Below are positions 1-13,972 of a stretch of 64,000 nt of DNA, piece by piece. The translations under genes were made by a program, and so were the position numbers. Within the stretch, counting starts at the first letter, position 1; every line of letters starts with the position of its first letter. The notes beneath the pieces are model-generated. The model was not told where the DNA came from, made no database searches, and saw nothing but the letters and a program-made list of their open reading frames with translations. This stretch comes from Marsupella aquatica (Eukaryota; Plantae; Marchantiophyta), in assembly GCA_973895155.1 (NCBI GenBank), contig OZ316898.1, forward strand, positions 6,311,079 through 6,375,078, given 5' to 3'.

Positions 1-1209
1 TCGGGACATTGTTGAAAGAATATCTTTAGGTCTTTAGTGTTGCTAATGTACCTGAGAATATGAGTTGTTGCTTCACGGTGAGCTTGTTGAGGTTCAGACA
101 TGAATTAACTGACAAGTCCCATTGCAAATGAGATATTGGGCCTTGTATTTGTCAAGTAGATGAGTTTCCTTACAAGCTGACAATACATGGTTGAGTCCAT
201 ATCACTAGTCCTAGTCTCAGCTAAGAGTGTGAGGCCTTCCGAAAGTGGAGTCTTTGCTGGTCTGCACTTGGTCATGTTGTAGTCTCGCAACAGCTATGTG
301 GAGTACTTAGTTTGATGCATGAGTATTCCATGACTACTCACCGAGAAGTCCACCTGAGATATCTTTACAAGACTCCTGCCTCAGTCATCTTGCATCTCCC
401 TTGCCTTGTCCTCTTGTGTTGTATTGATGTTTCTGAGTCATGAGCAAAGCTAGAGAGTTCATCTGAGTCATGACGAGGCTTGCATTGCATCTCCTTAGCT
501 TGAATTGGAGGTACTCCTCCAGATCTGCAAAAGTAGCATTCTTGTCTTTTGCATACACGACACCTTAAATGGACTTGAAAGAAGACCAGCTATCAGGTAA
601 GTTCCTGAGGACAATTTGAATCACATCAGGAATCTCTTCACCAACACATCAATCCAAGCTCAATGATGATTTGATCAATTGTTTTAAGGTAGTCCTCTAC
701 CAAGGTACCTTCAGTCGTCATATGCTCAACAAGGATAGATTTGAGATCAAGTATTTGTTGCAAAGCTGATGGTTTGTAGTTTCATTTAAGGATTGCCCAA
801 AGCTTGGAAGGGTCAGCATGTCAGTAGTTGACGCACACTAGGAAAAATAGATGTTGTTATCGTCTTGGTAATAATGATGATTACCCGTTCTTTGTGCTTG
901 TCAAAATTGGTGTTGGCCGCTTCAGGAACTGTAGTGGTGGTCCCACTGCTTGTAGATGCTCCAAACACTCTAGCTGACAAAGATCTCAAGGCCACCTGAG
1001 TGCTGGTTCCACTGCTCCCATGGGTAGCAGGATCAACAATGTACCACAGATCCTTCTCCCTCAAGATCTGTTCAAGGAAAATGCCCACATCTTGTAGTTC
1101 TGAGCGCCAACAAGCTTGTCACTGTCTGGGAAAGTGATCTTACATTGGTGGCATCCGAAGAAGACATTGTGTGGGCTGAGATCTAAAGAAGCCTAAAGCT
1201 TTGATACTA
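1..1209 (-). mobile_element. Degenerate, internally deleted Ty1/Copia LTR retrotransposon (gag remnant joined to RT C-terminal region; continues off the left edge)
   Basis: The minus strand at 1-290 reads MYCQLVRKLIYLTNTRPNISFAMGLVS*FMSEPQQAHREATTHILRYI, a Copia RT C-terminal block. Gag/UBN2-like residues lie at about 560-1090 (LREKDLWYIVDP; VLRNLPDSWSSFKS). The reverse complement of a tRNA-iMet PBS (gctttgatacta, consensus gctctgatacca) is at 1198-1209, followed by TG at 1210. There are many stops and frameshifts, no recognisable protease or integrase, and the distal LTR boundary is unresolved. Confidence 0.85.
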
Positions 1210-2616
1210 TGTATAAATTTTCTCATGTGTATGATTAGTCCCGTAACAATGGGTCGTTAAGTAGAAGTCTAAGCAACGAGCATCCCTTAGCGAACGGGAA
1301 GATAAGAAGGGTGACTGGACAAGAGTTGTCCATTGAGACATGGAGAACGGACAAATGCTGCATGCACCGCACGCCTAATCACAATTAGCAAGATATACAT
1401 GTTAACTTTCAACATTGACACCAAAAGAGTACACACACAGAGCAGGCAACAGCCAAGTTTAACTCCAAGACCTCATGCACCCAAGGAGTGATCAAGCCAC
1501 CAGGGTAGCTACAGTTGGATGTCCAAAATGCCTCCATATAGGTGATTATCAAGAAGGAATTTGTGGCAACCTGGCCTGCATGGGGGCTCATATTGAGGCA
1601 GGAGTATTGGGGTAGGTGTACATTGTGCCTTGTGGTTGTGAGACAGGAAGTTGAGAAGTGACTTATAACTCAGAGAACCTTTGTTGATAAGTGATCCAGA
1701 TCTCTTCCAACTATCCAAACAGAAATATTAGACTTTCCAAACTCTAACTCAGAAATTTAGTTGCACTATTTAGAAAGCAATAATAAATGTGTTTTTTTAA
1801 TTAACATTAACAAACAAGAGCCCCTTTTCACACATCTTTTTAATCCTAGGACAAAAGCAAAGAGACTTGCCTGAATTCTTGTAAACCCTTGCACACAGTA
1901 TCAAGATGACACTAGAGTAATTGTATTCAGTAGATTAATTTTGATTCCCATCTGGAATATCCCTGATGCAAGGTGTGTAAGGTAGAGACCTCCAATGTGA
2001 GCATTCTCCCAAATGACAACACCAGGGCTTCAAGCACAAGAGATTTCCAAACATGGAGAATGTTCCCATGGGAGGGATTTGACTAATTTGAAGTCATGAT
2101 TTCTTCTTTCATATGCTTTTGATCTCATGTGTCCAGCTACAGTATTTTTAGTGGGTGATACAGCAGAATGTCCTGGATTTCTATATATCCGGCTTCTAGA
2201 TTTCTCTATGTGAATGGTTATTTCATAAAAGACCCTAAAAATCTGACGGGCAATGCCCTGGACACCCTGTGGAGGGCATATATTCTTACCTTTGATGAAT
2301 GCCAAACACCAGAATTTATTTACTTGAATGCTGTTGTGATAAGAAGGCCCTAAAAATCTGGAGGGCTTTAGTTCAATTACAGTACCGCCCTGTATCCAGG
2401 GCATTCTGGGCTATTATGTCTTAAGAAAAGAGGACTTAAGCAAAAGGTTTGAGGCTTTGAGGGCCTAATAATGCCCATGCCCTGGTTACAACAAGAGGAT
2501 AAGGCACCCTAATCTCAAAAAGATTTAATCATCAACTTTGCTCATTCATTTTCTTAACCTAACCAAAACCCACTAACCTTTTGGAGATGCTTTGAGTGTA
2601 TACTCATGTCCTGCTT

Positions 2617-3125
2617 AGGGCATTGTGTGATATAATGCCCTGAAAACAAGAGCTTTACTGTAAGTTTTGAGGGGCTATTATTGCCCATATTGCTCTGGAA
2701 ACAAGATCTTAATACACTGGAAGGGCCTAGGAGATTTTATTTTTATTTTACTATTTAAAGTAACAGTAGAGGAGAATCTTACTAAAGAGGTAATCCAAAT
2801 TTTGACAGTGCATTCTTCTCCAAGAATGCACCGAGATATAGTGGCCCCCCCCCCTCCCCCCCCCCCCCCCCCAAATTGAGGCTATTTTTGCATGTAATGC
2901 TCTTTGTAATAAGATGTTAACACACATAATATGCCCTTTTAATTTTTCTCTAATTGTCAGGGCATTGATGGAGCAGAATGCACCAGAGTCAGGATTTATA
3001 TCACCTCATTTTGAGAATAAATTTCTCTTTTGGCCTTCAAGTGTATTGTGATCTTGTTAGCATTGTGGGCAATAATAGCCCCTCAAAACTCTCGTTTTAA
3101 GGGGCATTATGGCACACAGTGCCCT
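2617..3125. mobile_element. Fold-back MITE with long (>100 bp) imperfect terminal inverted repeats
   Basis: 2617-2735 (agggcattgtgtgatataatgccc...gttttgaggggctattattgccca...aacaagatc...aatacac) is the reverse complement of 3023-3125. A poly-C tract lies inside at about 2844-2872. No clear TSD. Confidence 0.7.
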
Positions 3126-3559
3126 GTAAACGAGCTTTTACTATATACTTAAAAGGCCTAAGAGAAGTAGTGGAGAAGTTTCATATCGTGCCAATACAAA
3201 TTTTGAATGTGGAATCCAAAATTACAAAGAGAAAAATCACGTCCTCTATTGAAGACAACGAATCGAGATGGCTCGAAACTGAGCTACATCGCATTTTCTC
3301 TCGACTGCAACAGTCGACTGATCGATGCCTGGACCCAACCGGCTTGTGTGTGCACGCCTCGGTCGATGACAAGGAGAGAAGCTCATTCTTGGACGCGCAC
3401 AAGCTTCTGCGATGGTGAGGGAAGGGCATCATCAGAAATGTACTTTACTGGAGCAGAATTGAGCAATCCAACGAGTTTTGCGACATCCCGTCCCGTGTCG
3501 TATTTCTCTGTTTGCTGATCAGCTCTGCTTACATAGATAGTTTCTTGCTTTCTCAGCTA

Positions 3560-3842
3560 CCTTCCTGCGACGCTTTCGTCCCTCAGCCTTCTGCTCCTTT
3601 CACCCATCTCTCAGAACGGTGCTCTGCTGAGGATCAATAGCTTAATTTATTGTTTGTAGCTTTCTTAGCGGCCTTCCTGGGACGCTTTCAACCCTCAGCC
3701 TTGTGCTCCTTTCTCCTTCTCTAAGAACGGTGTTCTGCTGAGGATCATTAGCTCAATCGATAGTTTCTAGCTCCATTAGCGACCTTCCTGGGACGCTTTC
3801 ATCCCTCGGCCTTCTGCTCCTTTCTCCCTCTCTAAAGAACGG
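3560..3842. repeat. Three diverged direct copies of a ~110-bp unit upstream of SAC3B
   Basis: cttcctg(c/g)gacgcttt...ccctc(a/g)gcctt(c/g)tgctccttt...agaacgg recurs at about 3560, 3673 and 3784. Confidence 0.8.
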
Positions 3843-4035
3843 CAGGATGGGGAGTGCCTTCGATAGTCCGTTCCAAAGGGTGTGCTGCGGAAGCCGAACG
3901 GGACTCCACAGCAGCGGTAGTATGTGAATGATCAAGCGACTTTGCTGTGCTCTGAATCTTGGTGTTGGGAAGGGGTTTCCCTTCAACTTCTAGGGAACTC
4001 ATCTCCCGGTACGGTAATGTGAGAATGCTTTGGCG

Positions 4036-4211
4036 ATGGAGGCGAGTCTTGAGCAGGGGGAGTGAGTGAACAACTGGATGCGGCGTTCTGGATTCTGTCG
4101 CTGCTCATCACCATGTTGGTGATGGATGACTTGATGATGGAGGCGAGGCTTGAGCAGGGGTAGTGAGTGAGCTACTGGATGCAGCGTTCTGGACTCTGCC
4201 GCTGCTCATCA
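4036..4211. repeat. Direct duplication (~75 bp) immediately before the SAC3B start
   Basis: gatggaggcgag..ttgagcagggg.agtgagtga...actggatgc.gcgttctgga.tctg.cgctgctcatca at about 4036-4110 and 4136-4211. Confidence 0.8.
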
Positions 4212-4216
4212 GAATA

Positions 4217-7200
4217 ATGGTGATGGATGATTTTAGGAAAGCGTCATCACCGTTTGGGTCCTCCGTGGGCGGAGGGGGAGTTCCGGATTTCGGTGGTGGT
4301 CCGAAATTTACGAGCAATTTTTTGCCAGAGCAGGCAATCGTGTTCGGAAGCGGAGCTGCCCCGAGCAATGTTACCAGTAGCAACAACAATACTAGTTTCG
4401 GCGGTCCGGCTGCTGCAGTGAGGAGGGGAGGGCGAGAGCGCCCTCGTAGTGCAAACCCTATCTTGAGACCACCAATTGCTCCATCCAGTCAATCGTCCTT
4501 CCCCTTCGGAGGGCACCAACAGGATGCCGCTGTTGGTGGCAAAGCATCTGGAAAGAGTGCTGATCAACAAAGGTCTTCATCCTCATCTTATAGGAAAAGA
4601 TTCGATACAAATGTTTTAGAAAGTCTTGTCGTGCTTGACTGTGGCGAGCAGGCTGGCATTGCAGCCGGAACCCATCGTCTTTTAGTGTCTAGCACCATCA
4701 TGATGTCGCTGTAAACACTAGATCGTTGCCGTTTAGGGCACAATTGCAAATGTGCTTCTTGAGTAATCTGTGCATTGTTATCTCCAGGGAAGAAGAAGCA
4801 GCGAAAGCTCGGAGGTTACTTCGGTTTGGTACCGAGTTTGGAGCAAAAGCAAAGCAAGCACCAAGGCCGGGATCGATTGCCGACGATGACGAGGCTTCGA
4901 TGGCCATTATTCCAGCGGCAGGGTCCACATTTGAATCTGGCACTAGAGGCGTTATGTCTGGGCAAGCGAAGTTGCGTGAGAATTCTATGCAAGCGGGTCG
5001 CAACGAGGCGGCGGTCGTGGAACCTGTGGTGGTGGACATGGACGCAACTGATAACATGACTTCTGAGCCAATTTTGGGCATCTGTCCTGATATGTGTCCA
5101 GGTTGCAGTCATTACCTTTCCAGGATGATCTCTCTCTGGAGTTTAGGTGTTTGTAAGTGGAATGGAAGCAAGTGGATGGAAGCATTGTTGGTGGAGCAGT
5201 TATCCCTCTGCGCAGGTTATTTCAGCTTCATCTTAGTGCTGGAGGTCTCATCATGCAGCTGTCTGTTTTGGTATAGAGTCGGAGCGCAACGAGCGAGAAC
5301 GCAAAGGTGACCTTGACAGGTTCGAGCGTGTGGGAGGCAACCGAAATCAGACAGCAAGAAACCTGGCCGTAAAGAAGGTCAGATTGGAAAAGTTCTGAGC
5401 TCCATGCATAGATGTGGGAAGGGAATCATGGAAATCGCAATTTGTAGGGTTCCATTTGCAAATTGATAACCGAGAGAGAACATTGAGTACGCTCGACCTC
5501 TAGTTCATTTATCAAATAGTACGGGACCTGGGTGGAAGTAGCTCAGTAGGAGCACCCAACGAAACGTCACTTGGCACGATACTACTCTAGTTTTTGAATA
5601 TTTAGCGATTGAGATCATGATCTTCCTAGTTCTGGAAGTGAAAGATGATGAGGAGTACTTCTCAGTGAGCTTGTTCTGATATGTTCTGTAAGTTTTCATA
5701 ACATTTCCAAATTGCACACATTCACTATGCTTCCAAGCCACACCAAGTTACTCCTTCAAGTAGGTGACGAAACTTCTTTGTCATGTATAGTACACAAGAA
5801 CTGCGGAAAAGGATGCCGTATTGATACGCCCATTGATGGTACTCAAGAAGACCATGGGCCACCTTTTGTCCCTGCTCGAAAGGGATCATGAAGATGATCT
5901 CCTTGCTGTCCATAGCTTCTTGTGGGATCGAATGAGAGCTGTGCGGATGGACTTGAGAATGCAGCATATTTTCACCGAAGATGCTATTGCCATGCACGAG
6001 CAAATGGTCTGTACGCCTCTCTTAAGCTTTTCATCTGTCCCAGTTAGTAGCACTTCGCTTTTTGTGGTCATCGTTCAATATCTCTGGGAAGTGGTTCCAT
6101 TTTGAATGTTTGATAGCCCTGAACAATGTCAAATCATTTCACCGTTTACAAGCTGTTGGATTCGCTGTCTTGAATACAAAGGAGGTAAGTGGTCACTCTA
6201 ATCGACGCTAAACATTTCTGATCGGTGGAATGGCATGTGTCGTGAAGATTCGATTCCACATCTTGGCTATGCACGAATTGTGCGAATTTTCAGAAGGGGA
6301 GGGAATAAGTGAAGTCTTCAATGCTCATTTGAATATTGAACAAATGAACAAGACTTCTGTAGATCTCTTTCAAATGTACGACGATCATTTAAAGGAAGGG
6401 ATTCCGGTGCCTAGTGAAGCGGAATTTAGGGGATACTATGCCCTTTTGAAGCTCGACAAGCACCCAGGATATAATGTCAGTACCTTGTCCTCAAACCTTT
6501 TCTGCTCCCGCCTTTTCCCCGCTTGTCATATAATGTTTGAAGAAAGATGTGTTCTCAAAGCTCACATTTTTGGATATTTGCATTCCTGATAAGACTTGTT
6601 GCCTATCTATGCCCAGGTGGAGCCTGCCGAGCTGTCTCTAGATCTAGCGAAAATGACTCCTGAAATAAGAAACTCTCAACCAGTTCGTTTTGCCCGTGAT
6701 GTGGCAAGGTAATTTTCTTGTTTCTGGATTCAGTTCATGACGTTCGACTTTTGTTGGATTGGAACTCTTTTGTCAGCTGTGTGAACGAGTAGATGAAATC
6801 TTGTTTTAGTTATAAAATTTATTAGAATTACATTAATCACTTTCTTTTCTTCCTTGGAAAAACCACAATTTTTTTTCGATATTTATCGTGAAAATAAAAT
6901 TATATATATTAAAGATGTAAAAGCTTTTCGTCAAAAATGTTTTTGAATCAAAATGATTACTTTATAAAGATATGTCAAAATGGGAGGTACTCTAATATTG
7001 AAAGATTGAAGTAACAGTTCCTAAAAAATCTGTGAAATAAAAACTTGTGATCAAGTCACACATCGCAATAAACTAGACTTTCCAATTCTTTAAGTGGTTT
7101 GGCTAATGAATGGGGACCTGAATAAATTTTAACTGGTTTATCCCTCAAACAGTGATATCCGTTTCTGATGAGTGGGATCCGTTTAAAATTCCAGGGCTTG

Positions 7201-10200
7201 CAGAGCTGGTAATTTTGTTGCGTTCTTTAGGCTTGCAAGGGAGGCAACTTATCTGCAAGCATGCCTTATGCATGCCCATTTCTCAAAGGTATATAGGTTT
7301 CGTCCATTGGTGGTCTGATGAAACTGCTTTTGCGTAATTCAGAATAGATTTTGTTCTCTTATGGAACGGCCACATTGTTGGAAATGCATGAAGGATATTT
7401 TTTGAATTCTTCCGCTGTATAGTTTTGACTGTAAAGACCTAAGTGCCTCTACCGAAGCTGACCGCAGTAAGCTTTCTGACCTGAAAGTTGCGTTGTATCT
7501 CAGCTTCGTACGCAGGCATTAGCATCCCTTCATAGTGGGCTACAGAAGAACCAAGGAATCCCCTTATCAACAGCAGTGGATTGGCTTGGAATGGAGGTAG
7601 GTGACAATTTGGGATGTCATGGCAAGACTATTAGTAGATATGGGTTAATCTTTCTGACAATTGATCAAGGCTTGTATCTTTTGTTCTACAAGATGTATTG
7701 AATTTGTTTAGAACTCGATGGTCATATCACTATATCTGTGCCAACTGGTTCCCATTTGCTTGTTAACTATATGGATTTTTGCAGTCAATTCTGTTCTGTA
7801 CGTTTGGATGCATGCTTACACAAGACATTGTTAATTGATATTCTGTCACAGGGGGAGGATATTGACGCTTTAATTAAATACCATGGTTTCTCCATTAAAT
7901 ATTATGAGGAAGCTTACATGGTCAAAGACGGGTCATTTTTAAATAGGAGTAAGGACTTCCCAACTTGTCGGGCCCAGTTGGTAGAAGCCAAACGGTCAGT
8001 GAGGATAGTAATGGACGTTCAAGCTGACAAGCACTTAGATACGATACCTCAAACCTCTGGTGAAGTGAAAAGGGTTGTCAGAAGTGCTACCATGGAAAGA
8101 AAGGGACCGCCTAGTTCAGAAGCGACACCAACTGTGTCTCCTCTGGAACCTCTTGTTCAGACAAAGGAAGAAGAAATGCCCGACTATGTAGAAGAAGTAG
8201 AAGAGCAAATCGAAGAGGAAGCAGAAGGATTTGAAGACGTAAAGATTGCACCTGCTGTGGAGGAGGTCAGAGTTTTGGCTGAGGAAGAAGGAAAGCAAGG
8301 TAAAAAGCGACGGATGGATGAGCCTCAGTTTGAAGCTGAGGAGCATGAGAGACGCAGGTTGAGACATGAGGCAGATGCCGTTGCTAGACGGGCTGCAAGT
8401 CAAGCTGCAAGTCACGCTGCAAGTCAAGCAGCAGCTGCAGAGATAAAGAGGAAAGAAGAGCAGCGTACAAGGGCAGGACATGATGCAGAAGCATATACCG
8501 GAAAACAGGGTATCTGGTTCAGGTAATATTGCGGTCAAAGTTTAGGATCCATATGTTTCTCTGCTATACAACGTTTTTCACATGAAGATTTTTGCTAACA
8601 CAACATGACTACTTTGGAAGATTTAAGAAATTAACCAAGTCTGTTACTTGGTTTTCGTCATGCATAACAAGTTTCAAAAATATCTAGTTGGGGAAGAATA
8701 TTTGTCAATTAGGTTTGTGCTACTTTTTGAAAGAAGATCTAAGTTCCGATTGTCCTGCATGTAAGAATTGGCCGATTTTTTTGAAGACTTGTTCCTCGAG
8801 CGTTTGTGTAAATTTGACAAGATTATTCTTTTCCTCAAGTCCTCTTCGCATCTCAGTTGTTCCTAGTGATTTAGGCTGCCCTACGTTGTTAATGTGAAGT
8901 TCATGTTTGCAGGAAATGGAGGAGACGAGCTGCTTCTAAAGCTCTGGAGAGGCGCAGGAAGCAACTTGAAACAGCAGCAGCCTTGGACAATCTTTCATTA
9001 GGAACACCTTTGTGGAAGATGAGGGTTAGTGCCAGCCTTATAATACTGTGTGGAAGAGTTAGTGTTCTGCGGCACTCAAGAGTTGCGACTGGCTTCTGAC
9101 CTGTTTTTTCACCTATATTTGATTTTGGCAGGTCGGAGGCGCGTCTGTGAGTCCAGCCGAGAGGACTGAGTATACTAAGACGTTAGTAGAAGATCAAGGA
9201 CTTAAATTGCAACAAATGTGGGAGCCGTTGGATGTACCAGACTTAGTAGGACCCATCCTTCAAGGGCTAAATCCAGCTGCGCAATCCTTGGCTTGGAGAT
9301 TGGTTCTATCCACACCTTCCTCTCCTTCAGGGCAATGGGTACGAACAAAAGTGGGCAGTCGACGGAAGTCAGGAACCAGACAGGAGTTTACTGATCAGAC
9401 TTGGTCAAAAATTTCAATTGCTGACGAAAGTGTTGTCATGAATATGGGTGAACTGGGCAATTCAGTTGACTTTCAGTACTCCGCTAACGATCTGGGCGCT
9501 TCAGATACTGCAATGTACGCCACGGTGCTTCGTCATGGGGTAGGTGGGCTCTTATTTGTAATGAACGAGGACGATGTGATGCTCAAGGAGCATGCAAGAT
9601 TGCACTCATTAGTGCAATCTCTCCCTGAGGCTGCAAATGTTCCTCTTCTAGTTTTGTCAACCACGTCGAGGGCTGTGGACAAAAATGAGGTTTATCAATC
9701 CTCAGGACATGAAATCTCGCAGCAGTTGAACTTGGGTGAGCTGAGCCCCTCTAGGGTCAGTAAATACAGAGTTATTTCTATTGCCGAGCGTTCAATGCCG
9801 AGCCCTGGGACAAATGTGTACTTGAGTGATGAGGCATTGAAGGAGGGCATAGTCTGGCTTGCGAACCTATGCCCAATTCAACCACACTTGAGGTCATTGC
9901 AAGTTGTGGATCTTCCTCGGGAGCATCTGGATGCTGGGTTAAAGCACCTTCTTGGATTACCATTTTCTGAAGTAAATCCAGAACAATGCATCGATTTATT
10001 TAATCGAGCAATCCGTGCTGCTGCTGAGGAAATTGCCAGCAGTGCTTCTAATTTTCTGACTGGTTCATCTTCATCAACTTTTATTGTTCAGAAGTTCACA
10101 CGTGAAGGGGGCGAGGGGATTCATCAAATGCAAGGGTGGAGTTCAAAGGAGACATTGGAAGCCCTCTTCTGTGATCTCAATTCTTGTGTTCTTCCTCCAT

Positions 10201-11330
10201 TTCCGCCTTTTGAGCATATAAGAAATATGGGGAGTATCCTTATGCAAAAAATGGCGTTTGAGCAACTTCTTCTTCAATATTTGAACTTAGTAGAAGGGAA
10301 TAGTTCAGGTAACCTGACAACTAACTGGGAAGTGACGAGGCTCGTACAGAGAGGGTGCACTATCGAGTGGTCTGAGTCAGGAATGAATCTTGTCGCAAAA
10401 TGGGCTCAAATATTCCAGGCAATATTTGCAGCACGGTTGCTGCTCCTTGATAGAAAGCAATGGCCTCCGGTGTACGTTGCTCGGATGAACAATAGCCCTC
10501 GCAAAATGTACGCGGACGAAGTTGAAACAGGCAAAAGCAAGATGGAAACAGGTCCTGACTTCTCTGGTGATGAGCACATGTTGCTTGATGACCTGATAGG
10601 TAGAGAATTCGACAGACCCATTTCTGTACAAAGCGAGTTAGGTTCTGCAACTGAAGAAAACGTGACTGAAGTGGCATCATTATCTCCTTCGCAATTTGAA
10701 AAATTCTCTCATTTTCAAGATGACAGCTCGCAGTTCAGGCTTCAATCTATCGAAGCGAGTAATGATAGGATAGTAGCCGAACCTATCAAGGTGTCAACTC
10801 TGGAAAAGTACATGGGTTACAGGCTTCCACAGGATGCCCCTTTAGAGTGGCTTGTCGAGAGGGATGAAGAAAGCGAAGCAAACAGGTTGCGGCTGGCAGT
10901 CACAGAGTCTGAATGCTCCCTTGATATGATGCTGGCAGAGTTGAAAGGGCAGAACATAGTACAAGCCCGCAGAGGGAGTGGTTTGTATGCCTCACAGGGT
11001 CTTTCACTTGCCAAACTAGATAACCCTGAACTTGAGCACCAGTCCAACGGACATCTGTCAGAGGAAGCAGGTGATTCGAAAGGAGTAGAGGAGTCAGGCT
11101 TGTTGAAGGAAGCCAATCAAGTGTCTGCACAGACTGTTCTGCTGGCATACACACCCTTTGAAGCACTTTTGGACAAGATGCTCGCAGAGTCGAGCAAAAA
11201 GCGTTCTTATGCATCTGAACAGCATATGAAGGGCATGTTCACACCCAATAAAAGTTCCTGTGCTGGAATTGAAGCTTATCGAGCGAGGCATCAAGAACTG
11301 CAGAGTCCAGACTGGAGCATGTCAAAATAA
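4217..11330 (+). CDS. SAC3B: SAC3/GANP family protein (SAC3B-like, TREX-2 mRNA export scaffold), 11 exons
   Basis: Spliced GT-AG model: 4217-4572, 4788-5101, 5277-5377, 5791-6006, 6248-6475, 6617-6708, 7195-7288, 7504-7596, 7852-8522, 8913-9024, 9132-11330. SAC3/GANP motifs: GICPDMCPESERNERERKGDLDRFER, FLWDRMRAVRMDLRMQHIF, IRFHILAMHELCE, EAEFRGYYALLKLDKHPGY. The start could be the ATG at 4217 or at 4223. Confidence 0.92.
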
Positions 11331-13972
11331 GGGAGGTACTGGCTTCCTACCTTTTCTGAAAGAAGTTTTGATACGTAACTGGCACCAAGTAACTGACTAT
11401 GCGATGAGACACTGGTGTTAAGCTCTATGTCATTAAGGTTCATCCAGCCAAATTGTTACCTAGACATCGAGAGTATCAGTAACGGTCATTCTATGTATGA
11501 CTTTTCGGTCATTTATTAACAAAATAAATTATGAAAGACATACCCCTGCAGCTTTTCCACCAGAGTAGCAAGTCATCCATACAACAGGGTCCATTCTTTA
11601 CCTTGGGTTAGACTAGTTTAGGGTTGATGCACATTACTGATTGTCATATTTGCGGATTCGTCAGGTGGGATGCCGGTGTCTTTCATATTGGGAAACGCCG
11701 TGAGTACCACAGAAAGCGACGGTTGCCGGGATTATGCGCTCACTCCACACAGGGCATTTCATCGTAGGAGGTAAGATTTTCAGAGAAATTCTTTGGTGGT
11801 TGTATTGATCTTGAATCGCAATGTTTTCCCTTGGTTTTGAGAGATATTGTTTGGTAGTTGTATCTATATGAAAATCGCAATGTTTTTCCTTGAGCTGGAA
11901 GTCAAACTAAAGGACGGAGAGTGTTAAATGTAAAGATCTGTGGGAGAATTATTTTCAAGGCCACGCTCTCATTCAAATTTCTTGCGCAGTCTTCGATCCA
12001 TTTTGTTCAAGAATTTTTTGTCGTGGGAGGTCAGTCTTTCCGAGTCTTACAGAAGAAATTGATCCGTATCTGATACCTAGAATATTATTCGTTAATTGTG
12101 ACAGGAGTGGTGAGCAGGGGAGAAGATAAGAAGCTACTGCTGTCCTTCCTCCAATGAAAGATACGGACGGACCAAAGATGATGACACTACCCACCTGTTT
12201 GACAGTCAGCATAATGCGGTGACTGTCAATTCTCGTCGTTTGGAGAAGTTCCTACTTCCAGCGTGATAAAGGTTCTCAACATGTGGGCATCTAGAGCAGG
12301 ATTGGTCCAATCTTCCTAGGTGGTTAAGATTTCCACCACCTTGGCTCCTAGTGCAATTCACTCATTCGCTCATGTTTGCACATACGCGATTTTTGAGTTC
12401 TGAAATGTTTATGCACTTGGAAAATGCTCTTCATGGGATCCTTGCCGGAATTCTCGTGAGCTTTCAGTTGGTGGCTGATATTTAGACAAGGTGGAATGGA
12501 TATGATTCTAAAATTGACCAAGCAACGTCGGATTTCGTCCCAACCATGTTGCATACAGGGAGCTCTTGCGAATATAGTTCTATTACCTATAAGCGACGGA
12601 CGTCGTACTTCGTTGCAAATGGATTTGACTAATTCTTGGTTCCCCTGGTTCCCGGATACGCATCAATGCGGTTCAAAGTTTGCACCTTATATTAGAGAAT
12701 CGGTTACGCGGATTTCGCTATTGCCAAAACAGATTGAACTTCGAGTATTAACTCCCAGAAAAGGCAGTTGAGGCCAGACATCGAACCATTTAGTTAAGTT
12801 TGGACCTCTCCCTAAAGTACTAAGCTACGAATGTGATAAGCTATCGTTATGACATGGTAAAGGATTGTGTCTTGCCGAATCTCTGAGGATTGGACCACTT
12901 TCCTCGAAGGACAGCTTCAGAGTCAAATCTCCATGGCACTAAGTTGACGCCACCTTGTACTGCTGACTCACCCATTGTATGAGACGTTTTGTTTTGAAGT
13001 GTACAATCCGACCAGAAGAGCATTGGGTCTCCCATTGCAGTTCGAATGGAGCGAGTACCGTTTCTCAGAACGTGAGCAGCAACGGACGAAACCTCTCGTT
13101 AAGCATCGTTAGCAAACTAACAATGCCATCCCACATCTGTATGCTTTACATCTAAAGGCCAGGCCTCCATAAAACAGAGAGGCTCCGCGCAGCTGCCATG
13201 TACGAGGGTGTATGGTCGAGTTCTGCGCAGCCTTGCAAGTTGAGGAAACAACGTACCAAAGTGTACACGTTTAAGGGACGTACAGAAACTTCACATTATC
13301 TAAATTATCCGATAACAGATATATTTATAGTTCCAATTTGAATTATGGTCATGACAATTCTAGTTTCTATTGAGTCCTGTAGTTCAAGAGAGATCCCTAG
13401 TTCAAGAGAGATCCCTGAGTGCGTTCACGAGAAAAGTAACAACTAATGATTTTGAGGCTCACGGGAACCATGAGACCAAAGTTGGACAATGTCGTCCAAG
13501 CGTCATGTTCTACTCCAACTTCTACTGAATGTGGACAAGAGAGACTGGCGAAATCGTTGATTTCTCACTTCACATACAGTCTACTGAATGTGCACAAGGA
13601 GAAGTCACTTCACAGTCTACTGAAAGTGCACAAGGAGAGGGCGAAATCGTTGATCTCTTCGGGATATTTTGAGGCTCATAGAAACCATGAGACCAAAGTT
13701 TGGCAATTGTCGTCCTAGTGTCATATCGTACTTCAGCGTCTACTGAATGTGGACAAGATAGGAAGGCGAATCTCCTTAGATGTCCCGTTCATGGAACAAT
13801 ATTTTTGCAGCTAGATTTCTAGTTGGAACATCGGTCTTTGATCTTCGTCAGACTGTCTTCGTAATTGACCAATGCGGTCTCTGACTTCAGTCTTGTCACC
13901 AGGGAGAGAGAGAGAGAGTTTCAGGACATATTAAAAAGGGAAACGCCATGGGCAAGACAAATCTTCCCGGTT

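Noticed and set aside
12780-13140. Possible decayed coding frame on the minus strand
   Set aside because: It contains stops, and I cannot assign any motif to it.
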